From: a virus
Taxonomy: Duplodnaviria > Caudoviricetes
IMG/VR virus record: IMGVR_UViG_3300042480_000415
Span: 1-31,207 of that record
Length of the DNA stretch: 31,207 nt
Reading direction: 5' to 3' (one strand)
The notes under the pieces were generated by a model. It did not search any database, was not told where the DNA came from, and was given only the letters and a program-made list of their open reading frames with translations. Positions 8,183 through 18,300 of the stretch are shown piece after piece (positions within the stretch are counted from its first letter, which is position 1; every line of letters starts with the position of its first letter). The position numbers were made by a program, and so were the translations under genes.

Positions 8183-9363
8183 GCGGACTGATCTGGGCCG
8201 GGATCGGCAAAGGCATCGCAGATGCCGGGACCACCTTTGGCAGCTACATGCTGAAGGACATCGAGGACCAGCGCAGGCGCGAGGACGAGGAGCGGCGCGA
8301 GGCCAACGCCATCAAGCGGGCCGAAGAAGCCACGCGCATCAAAGAAGAGAGCGACGCCAGGAAAGCTGAAGAGCTCAAGCAGCGCGTGAGCAAAGAGACC
8401 GCGCAGGTCGAGCAGCGCGCCACGCAGATTGGGACCGAGCGCCGCACTGCGCGCATGGACTCAGACGCCACCAGGTTGGGTGAGATGTCTGCCAAGGCCG
8501 GCGAAGAAGGCGACATCGCGTTCACCAAAGAGCAGATGCTTGACTTCATCCGCAAGGATCCGACGCTACGCGAGAGCTACCGCAAGTCGGGGCTGATCGA
8601 GGGCGCGGCCGAGTCGACCCGCGACCCGCGGATGATCGCTGCCGAGGACCGCGTAACCGCGGCCATGGGGATGGGTGCGCACTCGTCTGTGCTGGACGCC
8701 TACACGAAGGCGCGCAAGGACACGCTCGACGAGATCAGGCGGGAGAACGAACAGAAGAGGGCTGAGGCCTCGCAGGCTGCGACGGATCGCCGGCTGGACT
8801 TGATCGAAGAAGGGAATAGGCAGCGCGCAGCAGAAGGTAGCCGCCGAGGAGATCAGACCGATCGCCGCCTGAACATCATGGAGGCAGAGGCGCGCACCCG
8901 TGAAAGACGGGCTGAGCGCTCGGCAAGCCCGTCGGACCCGAACAAGAAGCCGGCAACCACTGCGGACATTCAGCGCCAGATCAACGCCAGCAAGGACGAC
9001 ATCGCGCTGACTCTCGGAGTCACCAAGAACGAGGTCAACGCCTCGCTTGCATCTTTGCGCAAGCGTGCCGATGCTGGTGACGCAAAAGCCAAGACAAGGC
9101 TTGAAGAGATCCAGCCGTTCCTGAACGAGCTGACGGAACTGAATGCGGCGATGAAGCAGTTCAAGCGCCCTGCTGGTGCAGAATCGGCCAACGCTCCCGC
9201 GGCGGCTCCTGCGGCTCCGGCTCCTTCTGATGCCAAGAGTCCGCCGCAGATCGCCCAAGTGCAGGGCGCCCCTGCGGGGTCCTCGATCGGCACGCTCGTG
9301 TCGGGTCGGGGCTGGGAGGTCAAGGACAAGAGCGGCAAGGTCATCGGCTACGTCGGGAAGTAA
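8179..9363 (+). CDS. Charged coiled-coil protein, putative ejection protein
   Basis: GAGGAG RBS; Gly-rich N-terminus then long R/E/K-rich helices; directly precedes the giant ORF. Confidence 0.7.
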   Translation: MSGLIWAGIGKGIADAGTTFGSYMLKDIEDQRRREDEERREANAIKRAEEATRIKEESDARKAEELKQRVSKETAQVEQRATQIGTERRTARMDSDATRLGEMSAKAGEEGDIAFTKEQMLDFIRKDPTLRESYRKSGLIEGAAESTRDPRMIAAEDRVTAAMGMGAHSSVLDAYTKARKDTLDEIRRENEQKRAEASQAATDRRLDLIEEGNRQRAAEGSRRGDQTDRRLNIMEAEARTRERRAERSASPSDPNKKPATTADIQRQINASKDDIALTLGVTKNEVNASLASLRKRADAGDAKAKTRLEEIQPFLNELTELNAAMKQFKRPAGAESANAPAAAPAAPAPSDAKSPPQIAQVQGAPAGSSIGTLVSGRGWEVKDKSGKVIGYVGK

Positions 9364-9365
9364 GC

Positions 9366-12300
9366 ATGCGATTCGTACCCATCTCCGAGTTCGAGAAGGA
9401 AGAGCAGAAGGCCTTCCGATTCATCCCGATTGAGGAGGTGGAGTCCGCCAGTACGACTGACTACTCCGACATGGCCACGGCCATGCAGGGGACGCCTACC
9501 GGCGGGCCGCTGATTCGCAGCGTGCTGGACCAGCCCGGCCCCGTGCCGAAGACGCCGGGTTACGACCCGATGCTGAATCAGGGCTATGTGGCCGAAGTCC
9601 GCCGGGACATCATCGGCAAGGCCGCGCCTGAAGACCGCATGGGCCTGCTGACCACGCTGGCCGAGAACCGCACCGATGTGCTGGGCCGTGCCGCTCGCCA
9701 GATCCTGGCCGAGGTGCAGGCAGAGAACAAGCGCATCAACCTCGATCAAGAAGGGCGCGCTCAGCGGCTGCTGGACGCACCGCGTGGCCCCGGCAACCTG
9801 CCGCCCCCGCGCCCGGGTGCAGGCGCAGCGCCGCCACCCGTGCCGGTGCCCGATGTGTCCCCTGGCATCAGCGATGTCATGGACGGGCGCACCGCCAAGC
9901 AGATCGCCGAGCGGCGCATGCTGGCGCAGGGCGTTCGCGTGGCCGATGAGGGCATGCGCGTAGACGAGATCAGTGGCGCTACCAGCCGAATGGCGGAAGC
10001 CGAAGGGCGCCGCAAGTTTGCCGAAGAGAATCCGCTGCTGGGCTCCATTGCCGCCGGCTCCGCGGGCTTGATCAGCGGCGTGATTAACATTCCCTCGGTC
10101 GCCGCAGACGCCTTCAACAAGACCGCCATCAACCCAGTGCTTCGCGCATTGGGAATGCAGGATCTTCCGCCCGTGTCTACGGCATTTGGCACTGAGTACC
10201 TGGCCAAGTCTGCCAGCGACTTCATGCCAAAAGTTGGCAAGCAAGAGATGGACGAGGCCATTGCGCGCCAAGAGTTTGCGCCCTGGCTGATGTCGAAGCT
10301 CGCCGCCAACTCGCCGCAGATCGCGCAGTCTCTGCTGGCTGCGTTTGTGCCCCCGCTGCGCGCAGTGCTGCTGCCAGGCATGGCAGGTACGGCGGCTGGC
10401 CAGAGCTTTGCCCAAGGAGACGACTCTCGCGTGGCGCTCGCCAAGGGTGCGGTGGAGTATGTATCCGAGAAGCTGCCGCTTGGCGTGTTTGACAAGGTCG
10501 GAGACGTGCTCAAGGGGATGTCTCCTGCCAAGGCCAACACGGTGTTGGCGGTGGCTGGCCAGCGCGCTCTGCAGGCCGGCGGTGCAATCACTGCCAACGG
10601 GCTGACCAACGCGATTGAGGAAGTGGCCGCACAGTTCGGTGGCAACGTGCTCGACAAGTACTTCCAAGGCAAGGACATTGAGCTGACCAAGGGCCTGGCC
10701 GAAGCCGGAGTTGTTGGCGGCGTGACGGGCAAGCTGATGAGCGCGCCTCAGGTTGCCGCCGCGGCGACCGGCTACTACGAGCCTGAGCGCCAGATTGCGC
10801 GGGAGATCGACTCGGTTGGGCGTGCGTTTGAGAACCTCGGGCCAGAGGCATCTCGAGCTATCAGCATTGACATGCTGCGCACGGAAGCCGGCACCTCCAA
10901 CCTGATCTCCCCCGCCGCGACCGTCAAGAACTTCACCCCGCCCGACTCGCCGACCAAGCAGGCTGGCCTGGTGGACATCGAGGTGCCGCTGCCAAACGCG
11001 GCTCCTATCCTGCCCGAGATCAACCCGTCGACCGAAGAGCAGTTCGGTCTGGATAAGCTGCGCATGGGAGGCGCGAATGTCGGCACAACAGGCGTACCTG
11101 GAGGACTGGCTGGAGCAGGGGGTGAGGCAGGGGGCGGTCTCATTGACGGAAGCATGGGAGCTGCAGGACCTGGCGATGCAGGTGCCCCCGGGCTCGGAGG
11201 CAGAACTGCCCCAATCCCTGGAGTCAATGATCGACAGGCTGTTCCTCCTGGAGGTGCGCCCGGCCAACAACTTGCCGGCGTAGCTGTAGGCGGTGAACCT
11301 CTGACGTGGACTGGGCGCGCAAAGACTGGCTATGCGAACGAGCAGGACGCCGAGCAGGCGATGGCCACTGCCAGCACGGTCATCGACACCAGGCAGACTC
11401 ACGACTGGCGCGTCGAGCCCATAGGCAATGGGCGCTTTCAGATTGTCGGATACCAAAAGGAGACCAACCTTGGCACGCAAACCCCTCAAGCCCAGCAAGG
11501 CCAAACGCAAGGAGCAACACCAGCAGGCCAAATGGCAGGTGCCGCACAAGGCGGCGCAGGTGGCATCCCAGCAGCAACCGGCACGCCGGTTGAACTGTCT
11601 GATACTGAACGTGCCGGACTGAAGCTTGCGCCGACGGCGCCGCTGCGAGAGCTGAGCTCGCTCAACAAGCAGCTCGATCAGCAGATCGGTGTCACGTTCT
11701 CGCCGGTCAAGTCGACCGACCTGAACGACTCGCAGCGCCTGGCCAGTGCGGTGGCGCGCCTGATGGGCAAGACCCTGACGGTAGTCCACCAGGAGACCGG
11801 TGCAGGCGCGCTGCCCAACGGCATGATCAACACCGTCGGGGGCAAGCACCTGTTTGTCGCTGACGATGCGGACGATGCCCCGCTGGCCATCACTGTGCAT
11901 GAGGCCTACCACGGCCTGCCGGAGGCTCAGCGCAAGAGCCTGAATGCTGCGCTGCTGGATCTGTTCCGCCAGGACCGCAAGGACAAGTTCCTCGACGAGT
12001 TCAGCTACACGCCGGACAAGTTCGAGGAGGAAGCCCCGGCCATGATGGTGCAGGCCATCAGCAAGCGCGAGGACTTCTGGCAGGAGCTGCGCACGAAGAT
12101 GGGCAACAAGGAGTTCGGCGAGGTGGCCAAGACCATCATCGCCAAGCTCGGCGACATCATCACCGGCGCGAAGAAGCAGTACGGCGAAGACTTTGTCAAC
12201 AAGTACATCTCCGACGTCGCGAAGGCTCGCGACCTGTTGACGACCGCCTACGCCGACGCGATGAAGGCGCAGGGCCTGCAGCCCGATGTGCAGCTCGAAG

Positions 12301-15300
12301 GCATGGCCATGGCCTCCGAGCGTTCGCGCATCGGCATGGACTTCAAGGACGTCGTCAAGCGCACGCCCGAGCTCCAGGCTGCGGCCGAGAGGGTCAAGGC
12401 CGGCGAGATGACGGCGGCCGAGTACGACAAGCTCGTCGCTGAGTACAAGCCTGTCGAGCCCTACACCTCGGTGCCTGCGCCGGCCGCCGACGCAGACATC
12501 CGGGCAGCGCTGACCAGCGACAAAGTCGACCGTATCGGTGTGCCGTCGAAGACTCTCAAGGCCGGCGACCCCGTGGGCCTGCGCCTGGACATCCCGGCCT
12601 ACTCCAACCACGGCACCTGGGTGGTGTCAGTGCATGAGCAGCAGGCGGGCTACAACGCGGGCAAGTCGATCGGATACGAGCCGGTCGCCGCTGCCACCAA
12701 CGTCACGTTCGGTGTCGTTGAGAAGGCCGCGCTGAACATCGCGGGCGGCAAGCCCAAGGCGACGATCGCCGTCATCAAGGGCGGATGGAAGCCCACGACG
12801 CCGGCCGAGGCAAAGCTCAAGGCCGACCAGGCGCTGAAGTCCAAGGACTGGGTGCAGGTCGGCATGGACCCCGAGCGGCACAGCTACTTCTACGACCGCT
12901 CCAGCATGGAGCCGGTGACGGCCGCCGACGAGGTCATCCAGATCGGCCCCCTGGTGCTGGCCAAGAACCCGACCTACGGGCAGAAGTCCGAGTTCATGTT
13001 CAGCGGCCGGGCTCGCGAGCCGATCAAGGTCAGCGACTACAACCCGAAGGCCGACAACTTCAACAAGCAGCGAGACATGACCTCGCTGCTGGCTGAAGCG
13101 GTGCCGGCAGAGACCATCGCCGCGGCCGACGGGTTCGTCGAGAAGTACTTCAAGGAGCGGCAGCCAGTCTCCGTTTCGCCGCAGGATCGCCTGCGCGCAG
13201 AGATCTTGCTGAAGCCCAGGATGGAAGCGGCCGAGCAGGCCAAGCCGGAGTACGACCAGAAAATCCTGAACATCGCAGCGCGCACCGGCGCCACCGGCCA
13301 GATGCTGGCGCCCATCAAGGGGCTCAAGCGTGCGGCCGAGAAGCTGGCGCTCGAGGAGAACTACCAGGTCGACAACATCAAGGACCTGCTGCGTTCAACC
13401 ATCGTGGTCGACAGCTACGCCGACGCGCCCGCGATCATCGACGAGATCCGCAAGGAGTTCGACGTGGTCCGCATCAAGGACCGCGCCGGCGTAGGCGTGG
13501 CTGGCGACAAGGTGGAGGCGTCAGACCGTCAGAAGTTCGGCGGCTATGCCGACGTGCTGATCAACATCAGGATGCCCAACGGCACGGTGGGTGAGATCCA
13601 GATCAATACGCCCGCCATGCTGGCCGCCAAGGATGGCCAGGGCCACAAGCTGTACGAGGCCGCCCGTGAGCAGCCTGAGGGTTCACCGCTGCGCGGCGAG
13701 ATCTACGACGCGATGCGTGGTCTTTACGACGCAGCCTTCTCGGCGGCGAACTTGCGGCAGCCCTCGGCGCAGGACAGGAACGCAGCCTCCGACATCGGGG
13801 CGCCGCGTGCCGGCAGCGAGCTGACTGCAACGAGCTCGTCGCCAGAGTCGGCGAGCTTGAAGACCTTGCCGTCAGGAAAGACGACGAACTCGTCGCCGGA
13901 GAACGAGGCAACGAACTCGCAGCCGGGCGGGAAGGAAGAGGGGACTTTCATAGGATCTCCTGACGAGTCGAGTATATCACAACCCTTATACACAAAGCCG
14001 CCTCGGCGGGGCGCCGAAAGGATCGGGAGCTTTGATGTTCGCACCATGAAGGACGGCTCGATTGTCGTCTACGGTGATTCGCAAAACATCAGATCGCAGA
14101 TCCCAGAAGACGTCAAGGGTCGCGTCACCAAGGACGGCTACCTCTTTACCAACGCAGCCGCGCCTCGTGTAAAGGCCGCGCTCGAGGGGCGCAAGACCGC
14201 CTACAGCCGCGGCGGTGCAGTGCTCGACAAGCTGCCGATGAAGGACGGCAAGTACCTGGGCGCGCCCGAGAAGTACAACACCCCTGGAAAGATCGTCGCG
14301 CTGCGCAAGCAACTGCGCATGCTCACGCTGGAGGGGGAGCGCGGCCGCTACTGGTACGAGAACAGCAGCCTGGCGATCTTGCGCATGACTGGCGGCAACG
14401 TGCAGGAGGCGCGCAAGTTCGTGGCCCTGCTGGCCATCTACAGCCCGCAGGCGCGTGTCGACAGCAACTCGACGTTTGCTCTGCGAGCCTGGGCGCAGTA
14501 CAAGGCTGGCCAGCCGATCAGCGTGAAGACCGGAGTGCAGGACAAGAAGGCGACCCAGGCCATGGCCGACGTCGACGCCTTCTGGTCTGGCGAGAAGACA
14601 GGCAACTTCTTCTTCAATCTGTTGCGCGAGATCGACACCAGCACTGCTGGCAAGCAGGGCGCGACGATCGACATGTGGATGATGCGTGCGGCCGAGTACG
14701 CCAACGACGCGCCCACTGCCACGCAGTACGCCTTCATGGAGAACGAGACCAACCGCATTGCGCAGGAAATGGGCTGGGAGCCGCAGCAAGTGCAGGCCGC
14801 CATCTGGGTCGCGATGAAGGCCCGCATGGAGAACAAGGGTGTCAAGCAGAGGACCGAGGCCACCAGCGAGAAGAAGGGCTGGATCAAGTTCGAGCGCGAT
14901 GCGAAGGGCAAGAAGGTCCGCGTGATCATCGACGCACAGAAGCACCGCGACAACTGGCTCAAGCATGCGATGGAGCATGTGCCAACGAAGGAAGACACCG
15001 AGCAGGCCAAGTTCGACTTCGCCGATGGAGTCGGGCGCCACATCGGCCAGCTTTCGTTCGAGGCTCGGCCAGGCCGCAGCACGGGCGTTCTGGATGGGAT
15101 CCACACCGCACCGTATGCCCAGCAGGTGGAGTTCCAGCAGGCCGTGCAGCGTGCGTTCTACGACGAGAACGGCACCGACATGCTGGCTGCACAGCTCGGC
15201 CTGCTGACGGAGCCCAGCGACATCATGCGCCCTGGCGTGTGGCAGGGCGAGGTGTCACCCAGCACGCAGAAGCGCGTGGCAATGGCGCCGGCTGGTGGCG

Positions 15301-18300
15301 ATGCTGGCAAGACCAACGTCGACCCGGCGCAGGCCGAACTGCTCAACGTCTATGCGTCTGTGGCTGGCCTGGTGGCCAGGCAGGAAGGGGTGGGCTGGCA
15401 CCGTCCCTTCTACGCCGGCACGAAGGGGCAGTCCAACGGCCTAGACATCGACATCGGCCGGGCGCTGAACCCAACCGAGACGAAGGACCTCGAGGCGGCG
15501 ATCGGCAAGTGGATGGATGAGAAGAAACACGCCAACTGGCAGAACCAGTTTGCGCTGATCAGCTCGCCCACTGGCATAAGAGTTGTGAATTTCGGTATCA
15601 TCACAAACGCAGTACTCCATTCCGACATCGTGAAGGTCGCGGAAGGTGTGCTGCCAGATGGATCTGTGCGCGTGTTCGCCTCAAGTGGCGACATGCCAAC
15701 TAACGACTGGGAGGCAAACCCCAATGGGCAAACTTACGTACAAAGGATTGGTGCCGCGGGACGATCCGATGTTCTCGACTGGGCCAGAAGTGTTCTCGCG
15801 CCTCGGGTCCAGCGAGTCTTCGAGGACTTCGCCGAAAAGTACCAGTGGGGAGACCCCGGCCGAATCCAGTTCAGCAACCGAGGCGGATCTGATGCAGCCG
15901 GCGGTGGACGCGATAGAGGAGTGGGGCCGCAAGACGTTCAAGCGGTAACCCCTTCCTACGGCACCCCTCGAGAGGGTGCCGCTTCCGCGGTCGCCTACCA
16001 CTACAGCACCCAGCCCCGCACGACCCTCGACAGCGTGATGTATGGCACCGGCCTGCGCGGTGCCGAGATGGCGCGCCTGCAGGGCGCAGATCCGCGCCTG
16101 AAGCAGCGCGTCTACTTCTACATCGATCGCGGCACTGGCATCAATCCTGAGGCCGGCGTGGGCGGCCAGGCCCACCGCGTCAATCTGCAGAACCTGTATG
16201 ACGTCGACGAGGACGCGCTGCGTCTGCGCCGCGACAACGAGGCCTTCAACGACTTCGAGTCTGCGGTCATCGACGCCGGCTTCGACGGCTACATGGTGCG
16301 CGACGCCGGGCCGTCAGGCAACGCGGTGCTGCTGGGTCGGCACGCCGTGCCCGTCGAGCAGCTCGGCGCACGCGGCCGCATGACAGGCGAGCCCGTCGCA
16401 CCGGCCCGCGAGCGAGTGCTGAGCGACGCTGAGAAGATCTCGGCCAACAAGATGCTGCCGGCCGGGCAGGTGTCCGGCAAGCGCTGGGCGGAGCTCATCT
16501 CTCGCGGCATGCCGGAGGTCTACGAGCGCCTGGCTGGCAGCCCGGTGTGGCAGTCCGACAAGGTCATGTACCGCGGCGATCTGGCTCGCGAGCTTCGCGC
16601 TCAGCCGATGTTCAGCAACCGCCAACTGCCGACGGTCTCACCGCAGAGCGCGCTGGACGCGGACATCAAGGTTGCGTCGGAGAGCCTGCAGCGCTACATC
16701 CGGGCTGCGGAGCAGGGGCGCCAGTTGCCCAAGCTCACGATCGGCCGCCTGCCCCATGTGCTCAACATGCTGGGCGCACGCACGCAGGATTTCGACATCG
16801 CCACCAGCATTGTCAAGAAGGTGTTTGTCAGGACCAAAGCAGAAAAAGGACACGCGGACGAGCTGCCCGACATCACGCCCAAGCAGCTCATCGAGGGCAT
16901 CTACCGCCCGGCCATGGTGCTGAAGTCGAAGGACGGCAACCCTCGCGAGTTCGAGCTGGTGCTGCCCATCACCAACGACAAGGGCGCGGTGATCGTCCCG
17001 ATCAAGGTGTCGGTGGACAAGACCGATCCGACCGGCGCGGTGATGTCGATCTACGCCAAGGGCGTGTCGATCTCCGGCGGCAAGCCGAACGAGCAGGTGC
17101 TGATGAAACGCATCAACGACGGCAACCTGCTGTACCTGGACCCCGGCCTGGCCAAGCAGGCGCTGACTGGTCGCAAGGCTGGAGATCCTAAGGCTGACGT
17201 CAAGCTCAATGGCAACTTCGTGTCTTGGCCTGGGGTGTGGCCCAAGCTGGCGGAGATGATCTCTGCGCGCACGGTCAAGACCGACATCAACCTAATGGGC
17301 TGGATCGGCAAATACTACACGCCGAGCTCGTCGCCGCAGGGCTGGGAGGATGCGCCCGCATTCAGCCGTCGTGCTCAGACCGAGACGCCCGAATTCAAGC
17401 GCTGGTTCGGCAACAGCAAGGTGCTTGAGAAGCCAGGAAGGACTATTGATCAGGCCCGCGCCTTGGAGATTGCAAGTCTCAAGCGCGAGATGGATTCCTT
17501 GCCGTATGCCGAAAACGAGCTGAAGGACTATGGGGAGCGGTTCAAGGAGGACCCCGATCGCGCCGGCTGGTGGGGGCCCAAGATCGAGAAGCAAAAGTCT
17601 TTGATTGCCTCATTGAAAATAGAGAACGAGAAGGCGCGCGAAAGGATCGCCGAGCTTGAGTCGGGTGGAACGCCAACCAAGTTCCCCTTCAGCGATGGGT
17701 CGAAGAAGCCAAAGGTGATGTACCACGCCACCGACAACCCGCTCGAGGGTGGCGTGTTCAGAATCGGAGTTGGCGGAGCGATCTATGTGTCACCCGACCC
17801 CGATGCGGCCGAGGACATTGCCAAGCCCAAGATCTTCGGCAAGCGCTTCCCTGGTGTGCCGTTCTCGCCAGATCTGATGGGGGGACCTGACCTCTTCCAG
17901 GGGCTCAACGTCATCCCCGTCTACGTCAAGGCAGAGAACCCATTCGACTACGAAATCAAGGAGCACAGGCAGGCTCTTGCCGATCACCTCAAGAGCATTG
18001 GCTTTAAGCCGCCCAGTGCCGTGCAATTGGCCGAGGACGCACCAGACGAGGCGTCTGGTGCAAGCGACATCCTCGAGATGATCCACGCCGGCGACTACCG
18101 CGTGATCGAGAGCCCAGAGGCGATTGAGTGGATCAAGAAGAACAACTTCGACGGGTTCTACGTTCAGGAGCTTCAGGAGGACGAAGAGATAAAGAACCTC
18201 GGCGTCTTCTCATCGAACCAGATTAAGTCCGCCATCGGCAACATCGGTACGTTCGATCCGGCCAACCCGGACATCCGCTTCAGCCAGCGCGCCCGCGCTG

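Noticed and set aside
9348-12611. 1087-aa antisense ORF
   Set aside because: Shadow of GC-rich codon usage in the sense gene; no motifs or convincing RBS.
16289-17311. Antisense ORFs after the ART-1 and MuF-C-like domains as further immunity genes
   Set aside because: No clear RBS or promoter, and they overlap well-formed sense domains rather than linkers.
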